Positions 51,142 through 61,105 are shown, counted from the stretch's first letter. The stretch is 64,000 bases of DNA from Methanocella sp. (GCA_050261115.1 JBLNCY010000010.1:1-64000), one strand, 5' to 3'. Numbers and translations are program-made. The notes: generated from the letters alone by a model not told the origin.

Positions 51142-51483
51142 TTGACAAGTAGCACTCAAGAGAAAGCTAAGCTGAAAGTTCACACACTTCAGCTCACACT
51201 GCTCAAGCACGCACATGAACATAGCAACATTAAGGGTCAACGAAGAGGTAAACTCGATATCGTCGCCGAGATTTTACTCTTCTGTGACCAGCAGAGAACA
51301 AAAACCAGCATAATGTACAACACCAACCTCAACTATAGCCAACTAAAAGGTCACATGAACTCCTTGATTGCACAAGGGTTACTTGCAAAACAAGCAAACA
51401 AGTACGTGACAACCACAAAAGGCTACCGCTTCCTGGAGCTGTTTGCGCAGTTAAACGATTTGATGGATGGCTTTACGCCTTAG
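51142..51483 (+). CDS. Winged-helix transcriptional regulator (archaeal HTH_45 type)
   Basis: RRGKLDIVAEIL, KTSIMYNTNLNY and YVTTTKG. Confidence 0.88.
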   Translation: MTSSTQEKAKLKVHTLQLTLLKHAHEHSNIKGQRRGKLDIVAEILLFCDQQRTKTSIMYNTNLNYSQLKGHMNSLIAQGLLAKQANKYVTTTKGYRFLELFAQLNDLMDGFTP

Positions 51484-51751
51484 ATGTCGCCTTTTGGTAG
51501 GCTGCTTTTAGTTCGCTGACGAAAGTATCCTCATCTTGGACTAGGCGCTGTTTTACTTTTCTCCATACAGCGGGGCAGTCGCTCTCTTCGCCGACGAGGC
51601 TTTGGATTATGCAGCCGATTTGTTTGCGGTTTTCTTTAGTTAGAGTAATGTCGGCTTTGGCTAATACAAGTCCCAAGTGACGCAGATAACAGGTCAAGTT
51701 TTCACCACCCCATCTATGCTTGTTGGGGTTTCTATAATTATCGATTGCCAT
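51473..51751 (-). CDS. Hypothetical protein
   Basis: TCYLRHL..CPAVWRKVK; 92 aa. Confidence 0.65.
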   Translation of the reverse strand: MAIDNYRNPNKHRWGGENLTCYLRHLGLVLAKADITLTKENRKQIGCIIQSLVGEESDCPAVWRKVKQRLVQDEDTFVSELKAAYQKATSKA

Positions 51752-51801
51752 TTATGTTTGGCTTACACTTCTGCAGCAGTCTACCGCCTATTTCAAGCGC
51801 T

Positions 51802-51839
51802 GGTTCAACCCGAGGTTGACTCTATATAAGAGGGGGTCT
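51802..51839 (+). repeat. Dispersed ~40-bp element, copy 3 (closest to consensus)
   Basis: GGTTCAACCCGAGGTTGACTCTATATAAGAGGGGGTCT with dyad TCAACC-CGA-GGTTGA. Confidence 0.88.
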
Positions 51840-51863
51840 CAGTGAGAGCAACATAAGAAAGCC

Positions 51864-53648
51864 TTACAGATAAGCTTCAGTCACATACCTGCGCATCATA
51901 CGGTGACTGTTAAAGTAGTATGCAACTTTGCCAATCGAGTTCTTCATCAGCCTGATCCATTCGTCTTGGTGGTCATAGAATGTTGGCATGATAACGTACT
52001 CGAGTTTATTGTAGAGGTCGTCAAGCTCCTTACGCAACACCGCTGCGTCGTCAAGAACCTCTTTTGGTTGTGGTCCGATTGCCCAGCCAGTGATGCCCTC
52101 AATCCAGCCTTCAATCCACCAGCCATCCAACACACTAAAGTTGATCACACCGTTATGCGCTGCTTTCATACCGCTGGTGCCCGAAGCCTCCAAAGGACGC
52201 ATGGGGTTATTGAGCCACACATCAACGCCGCCCACCATCTTCGAAGCGATGTCCATGTCATAGTTCTCAAGGTACACAACTTCGATGTCGCCTTTGAGTT
52301 GACGTCCGTAGCTGTAGATTTGCTCGATTAGATGTTTGCCGCCTACATCTCGGGGGTGCGCTTTGCCTGCGAATATGGCTTGGAGTTTAGCTTTTTGGCC
52401 GATGCTACGTAAGCGCTCAAGATTTGAGAACAGCAGGGTAGCGCGTTTGTATTCGGTTGTGCGTCTAGCAAACCCTAGCGTGAAAACATTGGGGTCAAGG
52501 TTGGCGTTAGCGGCTTTGTTGGCGTAGTCGATGAGGGTTTGTTTCTGTTGCTGGTGCGCTTGCCAGATTTCTCCGTCGGGGATCAGGTCTACTTTTGCGA
52601 GGATCTCTGGCTCTATGGCCCAGCCCGGCAGGTACTTATCGAATAGTTTCCGGAAGGCCATGCCAGTCCAAGTGTATGAGTGGACACCATTTGTGACGGC
52701 GTGAATTTGGTAACCGGTGAACATTTTAGCCGAGATTTCTTGATGCCGCTTTGCCACTCCGTTAACATAGTTGCTTAAATTAAGCGCCAACCGCGTCATG
52801 TTAAGGACATCTTGGCCGCCATATTTTTTCAGAACATCCACATCTACGGTGTCAAGCGTCTCCCTTACCAGGTCATAGTGGAACTTATCATGCCCCGCCT
52901 CAACGGGAGTGTGGGTGGTAAAGACGCAGAGTTCCCGGACTTTCTCTACGCAGTAATCATACTTCCGTAGTAACTCAACTGCCAAAAAGCTTGAGTGCCC
53001 CTCGTTCATGTGGTATTTACGTACACTAAACCCTAACGCATCAAGCATTCGCACGCCGCCAAATCCCAGAACGGCTTCCTGTTTTATGCGGTAGCGTTCG
53101 TCTCCGCCGTAGAGGTAATAGGAGATTTCTCGGTCCTGAGGCGCATTGACCTCAAAATCAGTGTCTAAAAAGAGAACGGGAACGATTCCGCCGCCTATGC
53201 TTTGGTACTTGTAGAGCCAAGCTTTAACCTTCACTGTCCGGCCTTCAATGTGCACATTAACCTCGTTAGGCAGAAGCGTCAGTTGATTCTCAGGCGACCA
53301 TAGGTTCTGTAGCTCAATCTGGTGACCGTTTTGGTCGAGTTTCTGCTTAAAATAGTTCCGTCTGCTAATTAAGGTGACTGCAACAAGCGGAAGCTTGAGA
53401 TCGGCGCTTGAGCGTATAGCATCCCCAGCTAACGTGCCTAATCCCCCCGCGTATGTTGGGATTGTGTGGGTTAATCCTACCTCCATCGAGAAATACGCGA
53501 TTTTATGCCCTTTCAGTAAACCCTGTAACTCACTCAACCTATATTCCCTCAAAGCCCTGTAGGATTTGTCCATCGCATAGTTTGTGGCTAAGCGTCTTTC
53601 CCTTTGGATTGGGCTGGGTTTAATATCTACCTTTGGGTGACTATCCAA
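51864..53648 (-). CDS. glgP: Alpha-glucan (glycogen/maltodextrin) phosphorylase
   Basis: YFSME, GGLG.LAGD, HMNEGH, FTTHTP and EASGTSGMK (PLP lysine). Confidence 0.96.
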   Translation of the reverse strand: MDSHPKVDIKPSPIQRERRLATNYAMDKSYRALREYRLSELQGLLKGHKIAYFSMEVGLTHTIPTYAGGLGTLAGDAIRSSADLKLPLVAVTLISRRNYFKQKLDQNGHQIELQNLWSPENQLTLLPNEVNVHIEGRTVKVKAWLYKYQSIGGGIVPVLFLDTDFEVNAPQDREISYYLYGGDERYRIKQEAVLGFGGVRMLDALGFSVRKYHMNEGHSSFLAVELLRKYDYCVEKVRELCVFTTHTPVEAGHDKFHYDLVRETLDTVDVDVLKKYGGQDVLNMTRLALNLSNYVNGVAKRHQEISAKMFTGYQIHAVTNGVHSYTWTGMAFRKLFDKYLPGWAIEPEILAKVDLIPDGEIWQAHQQQKQTLIDYANKAANANLDPNVFTLGFARRTTEYKRATLLFSNLERLRSIGQKAKLQAIFAGKAHPRDVGGKHLIEQIYSYGRQLKGDIEVVYLENYDMDIASKMVGGVDVWLNNPMRPLEASGTSGMKAAHNGVINFSVLDGWWIEGWIEGITGWAIGPQPKEVLDDAAVLRKELDDLYNKLEYVIMPTFYDHQDEWIRLMKNSIGKVAYYFNSHRMMRRYVTEAYL

Positions 53649-53655
53649 AAATAGA

Positions 53656-54798
53656 TTAAGTTAGCGGAGGACGTTCACGTAGCGTGACTTCTACATCAAT
53701 CACTTCGCCGCCTCGCACAACCGTAACTCTTATGACATCACCTGGCAACGTATTTGCTTCAAGGTAGCTTGCGAGGTCATCGTTACTCTTTATTGTTTGA
53801 CCATTTAGGGCGATGATTATGTCGCCGACTTGGATTCTGCCTGCACTTGGGCCCCCACGGACCACTGAAGCGATTTTCCAACCATACGTGACGCTATCGC
53901 CGTTTGCCATAGCTATATCATAGTTCATGTCTCTTCCAGTAACCCCCAGGTAGGAGTGTCCCCGGTATGTACCTGTGGTAATTAAGGAACCGATTTCTCG
54001 CAGAATGGTGCTTGAGGGTATGGCAAAGCCTAGACCCTGTGAATTGCTGACTATGGCGGTGGTTATGCCGACGACGTTGCCCATGGCGTTTAAGAGTAAG
54101 CCGCCAGAGTTGCCGGGGTTAATGGCTGTGTTGGTTTGGATGACGTTTGCAATCGAGTACCCGCCGGTGGTTTCCTCAGTTATGCTCCTTCCGACTGCGC
54201 TAACGATGCCTGTTGTCATGGAACCGACAAGGCCATAGGGGTTTCCGATTGCTATTACCGTTTCACCTACCCGCAGGTTTGAAGAGCTAACAATGGTTAT
54301 GGGTACAAATTCTGAGTCCGGCGCTTGGGGAACGGAAAGAACCGCTAGGTCCGCGTATGGATCGGCGCCTAGTATTGTGGCGTAGTAGCCTCTGCCGTTT
54401 GCAAAGGTGACACTTAGGCTTGTGGTGTCGTCGACTACGTGGTTGTTGGTTATTATGACGTTTTGTCCTTGATAGTTATAGACAAACCCTGATCCCTGTA
54501 CGCTTCTCCCATCGTTGCTTTGACCTTTTATCAAGACAACTGAATCTTTCACCATAGCATACAAATCCGCTAATGATGTTCCGTTCTCTGGGATTATGGT
54601 GATGTTTTGGTAGGTGGCATTACTTGTGCCCTCTAAAACTGAAACAGCGGTTTTTAACTCAGATACTTGGGTACCCAGAGTGGTTATCTGCCGATAGTTA
54701 ACATAGAACATCAGCAATCCGCCAACCATTAATCCCGTGACAAACAGCAAAATCAGGATGCTAGCGGATGTCTTCTTAGCAGATTCAGACGCATACAT
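53656..54798 (-). CDS. HtrA/DegP-like serine protease with PDZ domain
   Basis: TNNHVV, DLAVL and NPGNSGG; PDZ domain; N-terminal TM. Confidence 0.95.
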   Translation of the reverse strand: MYASESAKKTSASILILLFVTGLMVGGLLMFYVNYRQITTLGTQVSELKTAVSVLEGTSNATYQNITIIPENGTSLADLYAMVKDSVVLIKGQSNDGRSVQGSGFVYNYQGQNVIITNNHVVDDTTSLSVTFANGRGYYATILGADPYADLAVLSVPQAPDSEFVPITIVSSSNLRVGETVIAIGNPYGLVGSMTTGIVSAVGRSITEETTGGYSIANVIQTNTAINPGNSGGLLLNAMGNVVGITTAIVSNSQGLGFAIPSSTILREIGSLITTGTYRGHSYLGVTGRDMNYDIAMANGDSVTYGWKIASVVRGGPSAGRIQVGDIIIALNGQTIKSNDDLASYLEANTLPGDVIRVTVVRGGEVIDVEVTLRERPPLT

Positions 54799-54848
54799 AG
54801 AGTCATGCCTTAAAAGAGGATAAAAGAAAAAGAAAATAAAAGTTCCTA

Positions 54849-55850
54849 TTATCGGCGATCGATAAGGTCTAACGCTTCAGGACCAGTTCCAATCAAGGTA
54901 ACCGGTACACCGGTTCGTTTTTCAACTTCTTTTATGAAGTCTTTAGCGTCCGTCGTCAAATCATCGAACTTGCGGGCACCCTTTATGCTGGGGAACAACA
55001 CATCAAGCTTTGTAAGCGCCGCTTGTGTTGCACCGTTAATTTTTGCGGTTTTCTTTGCTAAGTCAAAGTCAAAGGGGGCAGAGCGACGGTCGCGACCTGT
55101 GCCTGCGGCGGTCTCAAACCAGCCGCGCTTCTGAGCTTCTTCTTTGCTGATTTCACCAGGCAAGGGGCCTCCGCCTACACGGGTAATGAATGACTTGTAA
55201 ACAATTATGACGTCGTCAACTCTTGTGGGGCCTACACCTGCTTCGGAGGCAATGGCTGATGCGCCTGTGTCGCGGCCGGTAACATAGGGGTAGCCGCCGC
55301 TTAGGAATAGTGAAAGCATGAAGCCTTGGGTGCCTTCCAATATGACGCTTTTTCCCTCATCTAGGCCGTCGTTGACTTCTTGGATGCCGTCACAGAGAAA
55401 CGCTTTAAGTTCCGGCATGTCTTTTGCGAGTTTAGCGGTGCGCCTGACGCGTTCCTCGAGTGCGGGTCCAACGCCCCATCCTGTGGTGCCGATGCCTTTG
55501 TTGACTGCTGAGGCTTTATCTTGGTCACTGTGCTTCTGCTCAATAATGGAAGCGTTTTGGTCTATGCCGACACGTTTAGGGTCGACTTTGGTGAGTTCCA
55601 TTTCTTTTTGGAATTGACCGATGTGAACGTTTGAACCTGCCGCGACCAGTAGCCGGGTCTTTGGGTTTATGAAACCAGCGGGCACCATGTGAAGAGCATA
55701 TTTTTGGCCTTCATACCAAACGGTGTGGGCTGCGTTTACTGATCCAGTTCTTACACAAAAATCAAGGTTATCTTTGAGGGCTAGATATGAGATTATTTTT
55801 CCTTTGCCTTCGTCTCCCCAGAAGGCGCCGACGATTACTGAACAAGGCAT
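54849..55850 (-). CDS. purA: Adenylosuccinate synthetase, short archaeal type
   Basis: GDEGKGK, NAAHT, GIGTT, EGTQG, TRVG.GP and TKLD. Confidence 0.97.
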   Translation of the reverse strand: MPCSVIVGAFWGDEGKGKIISYLALKDNLDFCVRTGSVNAAHTVWYEGQKYALHMVPAGFINPKTRLLVAAGSNVHIGQFQKEMELTKVDPKRVGIDQNASIIEQKHSDQDKASAVNKGIGTTGWGVGPALEERVRRTAKLAKDMPELKAFLCDGIQEVNDGLDEGKSVILEGTQGFMLSLFLSGGYPYVTGRDTGASAIASEAGVGPTRVDDVIIVYKSFITRVGGGPLPGEISKEEAQKRGWFETAAGTGRDRRSAPFDFDLAKKTAKINGATQAALTKLDVLFPSIKGARKFDDLTTDAKDFIKEVEKRTGVPVTLIGTGPEALDLIDRR

Positions 55851-55874
55851 GACTATTACCCTCTACAAGTCATC

Positions 55875-56087
55875 TTAGGGCTTATTTAAAGTTGTAGATT
55901 TAGAAAGGCTGGTCTTTGTGCTGGTATCTTGACTTATCAGTTCAGCTAATCGGTAGGTTATGAAGCCTGAGAAGCTTCGTATGCCCCGTTTTATGGTGTA
56001 CTCCTCTTTTACCCTTAACCATTCATCAAAGAAATATTGGTAAACTTCAGTCTTTACAGTAATTGTTTTGAACCCTTTTTTTGGCGT
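55875..56087 (-). CDS. Small RHH-like DNA-binding protein (70 aa), apparent ACG start
   Basis: (M)PKKGFKTITVKTEVYQYFFDEWLRVKEEYTIKRGIRSFSGFITYRLAELI. GAGGGG SD lies 8 nt before the ACG; in-frame TAG further upstream. Confidence 0.65.
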   Translation of the reverse strand, partial: TPKKGFKTITVKTEVYQYFFDEWLRVKEEYTIKRGIRSFSGFITYRLAELISQDTSTKTSLSKSTTLNKP

Positions 56088-56427
56088 GCAATGTTCCCCT
56101 CTATGGATAGTAACCGAGGGTACGTTTATTTAAGGTTTAACAGGGTTTGCTGTACTTTACGGGAATCTCGATTTACCGTTAATTATATATTCCAATAAGT
56201 ACCGTACTGTACGGAAGAAGATTAAAGCAAACAACGCCCCCTTGGAGTCGAGCAAATGCCGATTCGCATAATTCAAAGTAACGACCGCGCCGCGGAAGTA
56301 CAATACGTATGCGATCACTGCGGCAAACCCATCAAAACTAGTGTAATCTCTAAAAAAGAAGCAGAACAACAAAAAAACCAGCCAGTGTCCTGCTGGCAAT
56401 GCAAACAAGCAAAAACAAAATAATAAC

Positions 56428-56805
56428 TCAACGACGCTGGGCAGCTTCGGTATCGATTACTTCAAGAAGTCGAACCACCCGCTTACCCTTGACAATTTTT
56501 TCCTGCTCAGTGATGGTGTTAGCTGCTTCACAAATTGAATCTATCACCACACCCTTATCTTCATCAACGATAACCGGATAAACACGGCAGCCAGAGGGTC
56601 GAGAAAGGTACACACTACACCTGTTGCTGGCTCGGTCGTAGAAGACGCAGTAGCCTTCGCGGTTTCTCAGAAACGCGTAGCCATACTTGTCATAGCGCAC
56701 GAACTGCTTTTTACGGTATCCCCTGTCCTTTAAGCGCTTGATGTCCTTTTTTGAGAGGAGCATCTCCGTTTCTGTACAGCATACACCGCAATGTGAGCAA
56801 TCCAT
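56428..56805 (-). CDS. YkgJ family cysteine-cluster protein
   Basis: CSHCGVCC, CVFY and CSVY..RPSGCRVYP. Confidence 0.9.
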   Translation of the reverse strand: MDCSHCGVCCTETEMLLSKKDIKRLKDRGYRKKQFVRYDKYGYAFLRNREGYCVFYDRASNRCSVYLSRPSGCRVYPVIVDEDKGVVIDSICEAANTITEQEKIVKGKRVVRLLEVIDTEAAQRR

Positions 56806-56856
56806 AGTCGCTGATAATCAGTGGCGCTATTTCTACATTTATATCCGATCACGCGG

Positions 56857-57093
56857 TTAGACCATGATTTTCATGATGTTAGCGTTTAGCATTTCAGCGT
56901 ATGCTATGCTCTTTAGCGGTATCCGGATTGCCTTTCGGTTGCCTAGGCTGTACTCGATTTGGTTGTTGTTTTTGCCCGCACATTTGCATAGCTTTGTTAG
57001 TTGAACGTTTACGATTACTGCGCCGTCCTTTAGGTGAAGGTTTACTTTTTTTCCGATGTAGGATTTTGCGCTGTTGGCGCTGAAGCTCTCCAT
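56857..57093 (-). CDS. Small Sm/LSm-like fold protein (putative)
   Basis: YIGKKVNLHLKDG..IPLKSIAYAE. Start ATG at 57093 after GGTGA. Confidence 0.6.
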   Translation of the reverse strand: MESFSANSAKSYIGKKVNLHLKDGAVIVNVQLTKLCKCAGKNNNQIEYSLGNRKAIRIPLKSIAYAEMLNANIMKIMV

Positions 57094-57094
57094 T

Positions 57095-57226
57095 TCACCA
57101 GTCCTCATCTGCGATTTTGATCCAGCATTGCTGGCATATCGGTAGGTTTTGGCCTTTCATTTGGATGTATAGTTTTATGTCTTCGCTTTTGCAGCCGTCC
57201 TTCCATGGATTTCTACAATGTTCCAT
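57095..57226 (-). CDS. 43-aa zinc-finger-like protein, not in ORF track
   Basis: MEHCRNPWKDGCKSEDIKLYIQMKGQNLPICQQCWIKIADEDW; GGTGA SD; stop 1 nt before the next start. Confidence 0.7.
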   Translation of the reverse strand: MEHCRNPWKDGCKSEDIKLYIQMKGQNLPICQQCWIKIADEDW

Positions 57227-57342
57227 ATTTTGTCACCAGGTTGAGGTGTAGCGTTTTCTGCTTTTAAGGCGGAGGCTAAAGCTACATTGGGGTGCTGGGG
57301 AGGGGTGACTGAAAGTAAACCTTAAAAGATGTAGGCGCTAAA

Positions 57343-57801
57343 ATGTTAGTAGTGGTTTTTATGGACATTTATACAATAATAGGCACAGCAAGCCTGATTA
57401 TCCAAATCATCGTTTTTGCTATGCTTCTTTTAGGCTACGGCTATAAACGTAGCTTCAAGTTCCGAAAGCACGGTGTCATCATGGCGGGCGCTGTCTTTCT
57501 ACATTTGGTGACCATTCTTGTGATTATGATTCCGTCGTTTGCTTTGGCGGTTCTGCCAGAATTCATAATCCCCGAACCGCTCATGACTATTTCTCTGGTA
57601 GGCTTGATTCATGGAATTACTGGTGTATTGGCGGTTGTGTTGGGACTCTATTTGGTGGCCGCATGGGGCTTCCGCGCTGACGTTAAAGGTTGCTATCGCC
57701 GAAAACAAACTATGCGCTTAACATTAATTGTATGGCTGATCTCTTTGATTCTAGGCGTCGTACTTTATGCTTTGTTCTATGGACCTCTTTTAATTGGCTA
57801 G
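57343..57801 (+). CDS. Four-TM membrane protein (DUF420-like, His-containing)
   Basis: KHG, LH..MIPSF and IHG; four hydrophobic helices. Confidence 0.75.
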   Translation: MLVVVFMDIYTIIGTASLIIQIIVFAMLLLGYGYKRSFKFRKHGVIMAGAVFLHLVTILVIMIPSFALAVLPEFIIPEPLMTISLVGLIHGITGVLAVVLGLYLVAAWGFRADVKGCYRRKQTMRLTLIVWLISLILGVVLYALFYGPLLIG

Positions 57802-58349
57802 ATTTCTATGATTTCTGGCTCAATCGCGGCTCTGGTGATTTTTAGAACACCCACCGAGGTCTTGCCCAAAGGCGACGCAGGAACAGTGGCGCTGCCTGGA
57901 TTAATGTAGAGCGTCTTACCCTCCCATTTAATGTCTGCCACATGCGTGTGGCCATATACGAAAACGTCAAAGCCATGTTCCTTAACCAATTCACGCATCT
58001 TGGTTAAGCCAAATGCGATGTCAGGGTCATGCATTACTCCAATTTTCCAATCAAACACCTTCAGGGTGTTTAACCGTGGTAGCGCGCCTACGATGTCTAT
58101 TCCGTCCATGTTGCCATGAACCGCCAGAACCGGCGCAAGCGTTTCAAGCTCCTCGACCACCGCTAGCTCCACGAGGTCCCCTGCATGAATAATGAAGTTT
58201 ACGCTCATGTCCTTGAATACTTCAAGTACTTTTGGCGGAAGGCTATACACTTTTTTGGGGACATGGGTGTCAGAGATTAAGCCGACCATTTTTGTGGGGT
58301 TGAGGTTGGGTGGCTCTTTTGCTACTAAATTGGTGGTTCCAGCAAACAT
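57798..58349 (-). CDS. Metallophosphoesterase (YfcE/Vps29 family)
   Basis: SDTH, HAGD, GNMD, GHTH and NPGS. Start uncertain. Confidence 0.92.
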   Translation of the reverse strand: MFAGTTNLVAKEPPNLNPTKMVGLISDTHVPKKVYSLPPKVLEVFKDMSVNFIIHAGDLVELAVVEELETLAPVLAVHGNMDGIDIVGALPRLNTLKVFDWKIGVMHDPDIAFGLTKMRELVKEHGFDVFVYGHTHVADIKWEGKTLYINPGSATVPASPLGKTSVGVLKITRAAIEPEIIEI

Positions 58350-58432
58350 TATGTGCATCTCGACGAGCGATTGCCTGAACTCATAGAGAGATGTGTGTGT
58401 ATATAAAAATAGATTGTTCCTAAGCATAGTGC

Positions 58433-59809
58433 TTAGGTTAGAAAGCGTTTTACGGCTTCATAGAGTACGCTTGTGCCCCAAACTAGGTTCTCGATGGTTA
58501 TCCGTTCGTCTATGCCATGCATGCGTTTCTCGAGTAAATGGACGGGTTCGTCAGGGCGCATTGGGTGAAAGCCATAGGCTATGCTTCCCATGTCACGGAA
58601 GAAGTGTGAGTCGGTGCCGCCGGTTATCATGCTGGGGGCGATGCCGCAGTCTGGCTCTAATTCGCGTAGTACGCTGGTGATGGCGCTGTATAGTGGGGTG
58701 TTGGTGGTGGATTCGTTGCCGTCGTGCATCTGGAGGATTTCGAAGCTTAACTTGTCTAAGCCGACCTCTTTGAGTAGGTCTTTGATTGTTGCTAGGGTTT
58801 CTTCTACGCTTTGGCCTGGTAGTACTCGGCAGTCAAATGTGACTTCGCATTCGGAGGGTATGATGTTTTCTTTGCATCCGCCGCTAGCTATAGTGGGAGT
58901 TATAGTTGTTCTTGTTCTCGGTCGGATTTCTTCTGCTAAGGGTTTGTCTTTTTTTGCGATTCTGTCAAGGATTTGGTCGCTTCCTTCGGGGTTATTTAGC
59001 AGGTCCGTGAGGTCTTCGCGGAGGTTGGGGTTTATGCGGGCTACTTCTGCTAGGTATTCTTTTAGTGTTGGTACGTAGACGGTTTGGGGTTTGTAGGCGT
59101 CTAGTTTAGCTATGACTTTGCTTATGCGTAGGATGGCGTTGTCGGCTGTGTTGGGCATAGAGCCGTGTCCAGGGGAGCCTTTTGCTTTGATTTTCAGCCA
59201 CAGAATCCCTTTTTCGGCGGTCTGGATGGGGTAGACGTTTACGTTGTTTTGGGGCATGGCTAAGCCGCCGCCCTCGTTTATGATGTAGGGGCACCAGACT
59301 TTGTCTTTGTGATGCTTTAGTAGCCATTCTGCGCCCTGTGCACCGCCTTTTTCTTCGTCTGCGGTTGCTGCGAGTACTATGTCGCCTTTTATGGGGATGT
59401 TATTTTTCTTGAGAAGTTTTAAGGTGAATACTTCGATTGCGGTCATGCCTTTCATGTCGTAGGCTCCTCGGCCATAGACGTAGCCGTCTTTTACTAAGCC
59501 ATCAAAGGGCGGAACGGACCATTCGGCGGGGTTGGCGGCGACTACGTCTAGGTGGGATAGTAGTAGGAGGTTGGGTTTTTCGCCTGTGCCTTTGAGTCGG
59601 GTTATTATGCTGCCTCGTCCGGGGCTAGATTCTAAGATTTCTGATTCGAAACCGTCTTTTGCTAGGTATTGGGCTAGGTATTTGGCTGCGGCGGTTTCGT
59701 TGCCGGGAGGGTTGGTTGTGTTTATACGTATTAATTCTGATAGGAATGTTGTAATGTCTGATTCAATTTCTTCCAATATTTTAATGGTCAAGATATGTCT
59801 GCTCCACAA
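58433..59809 (-). CDS. M20/M25/M40 metallopeptidase (ArgE/DapE-like)
   Basis: SHLDVV, GRGAYDMKG, DEE, GHGS, GGTD and HGIDERI. Confidence 0.93.
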   Translation of the reverse strand: MWSRHILTIKILEEIESDITTFLSELIRINTTNPPGNETAAAKYLAQYLAKDGFESEILESSPGRGSIITRLKGTGEKPNLLLLSHLDVVAANPAEWSVPPFDGLVKDGYVYGRGAYDMKGMTAIEVFTLKLLKKNNIPIKGDIVLAATADEEKGGAQGAEWLLKHHKDKVWCPYIINEGGGLAMPQNNVNVYPIQTAEKGILWLKIKAKGSPGHGSMPNTADNAILRISKVIAKLDAYKPQTVYVPTLKEYLAEVARINPNLREDLTDLLNNPEGSDQILDRIAKKDKPLAEEIRPRTRTTITPTIASGGCKENIIPSECEVTFDCRVLPGQSVEETLATIKDLLKEVGLDKLSFEILQMHDGNESTTNTPLYSAITSVLRELEPDCGIAPSMITGGTDSHFFRDMGSIAYGFHPMRPDEPVHLLEKRMHGIDERITIENLVWGTSVLYEAVKRFLT

Positions 59810-59940
59810 GTCTTTTATTTTATTTATTATTTCTTATCTTGTTGCTGATGCCTGCTGAATTAGGGTAGTTTTTTGATAATTAAACATGTAGGTTTAAATA
59901 GTATCGCAAAAATTGCTAATGAACAAAAAATATTCATGAG

Positions 59941-60465
59941 TTGAGTACTATGAAAGAGCTAAAACCAATTGACTACAAGATTCTGTTCGAGCTCATGAAA
60001 GACTCTCACAGAAGCGACCGCCAACTAGCTAAAGCCTTAGGAGTCTCTCAGCCAACGGTAACCCGAAGACGTGCCATGCTTGAAGAAAACTTTATCGAAG
60101 GTTACACTGTGATCCCCAAATTTGGCCAAATCGGGTTTGAGATTGCAGCCATCACTTTTCTTAAAAGTAAACTAAAGTATGAAACCGGCGAGGGTAGAGC
60201 AAAGGCATTACAGAAAATGAAAGAATGGTACATGAAGCAAACCAACGTCATTATGGTTATCGATGGCAGAGGTATGGGTTATGATGCATGCTGCATCTCT
60301 CTGCATGAAAACTTTGCTAGCTTCGCCGACTTTATTAGGGCACATGACTCAGAACTATCTGAATTTGTTGTTGAGAGCCAAACCTTTAATGCTGACCTTA
60401 AAGGCGGCATAGTCATAAAGCCCTTCCACCTCAAATACCTCGCCGCTTCTCAGAAACAGCAATAA
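59941..60465 (+). CDS. Lrp/AsnC family regulator
   Basis: DYKILFEL..RSDRQLAKALGVSQPTVTRR. Confidence 0.9.
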   Translation: MSTMKELKPIDYKILFELMKDSHRSDRQLAKALGVSQPTVTRRRAMLEENFIEGYTVIPKFGQIGFEIAAITFLKSKLKYETGEGRAKALQKMKEWYMKQTNVIMVIDGRGMGYDACCISLHENFASFADFIRAHDSELSEFVVESQTFNADLKGGIVIKPFHLKYLAASQKQQ

Positions 60466-60670
60466 GCCGCTTAAATCCCCATTATCCTTTTTTGTATTCT
60501 CATACCCATTGCTAAAGTGGTTTTTTTGGTTTAGGCTTGGTTTGAGCCTTTTTGGGTGTTTCTTGGGTAGCTTGGTTTCTCTACATTGGTCGCATCTACA
60601 GCCATAGCTAGCCAAAAAGTCGCTTTTGATACTATAAAATAAGATTAGATGTTAGAGGTATGTTGGGTGC

Positions 60671-61105
60671 TTATTTCTTTTTCCAGCTTTTGCCCCATTT
60701 AAAGAAGCTAGTAGGAGTTATCTTGATGATTGGGACATCATCCGTGTCTTTCCATCCACCCGCTTCTGTGCGGTACTCTGGGTACTTTTCTTTTAGAAGC
60801 TCATGTGCATAGCTGTATTCTTTGCCGCTGCTAAGTATCTCGGCTTCGCCTTGGATGCGGATGCCTCTAATGTTTGACCAGTTGTTTGGGTCGTAGTCGT
60901 CGATGACTAAGGATACTTGTGGGTTGGATTCGATGTGTTCTAGCTTGGGGGTATCTGGGTCGGATGCAAAGTAGAAGTAGACGCCGTCGAAGACTGGCCA
61001 GACTGGTCGCACTACGGGTTCGCAATCCTCCGTCGCTGTTGCTAGACGTCCTACTGGCAATTCGGAGATGAATGTTTTATCGGATTTGGATAGTTTTATT
61101 CCCAT
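60671..61105 (-). CDS. Pyridoxamine 5'-phosphate oxidase-like (FMN/F420 split-barrel) protein
   Basis: GRLAT, PVW and KLEHIESNPQVSLVID. Confidence 0.88.
   Translation of the reverse strand: MGIKLSKSDKTFISELPVGRLATATEDCEPVVRPVWPVFDGVYFYFASDPDTPKLEHIESNPQVSLVIDDYDPNNWSNIRGIRIQGEAEILSSGKEYSYAHELLKEKYPEYRTEAGGWKDTDDVPIIKITPTSFFKWGKSWKKK

Noticed and set aside
51802-51839. Dispersed repeat as a CRISPR repeat or attC array
   Set aside because: Copies are 10-31 kb apart, in both orientations, shorter than attC sites, and no cas or intI gene is in the window.
56157-56408. 83-aa ORF on - strand
   Set aside because: Begins in the T-rich terminator of the YkgJ gene, has no SD and no recognisable motif.
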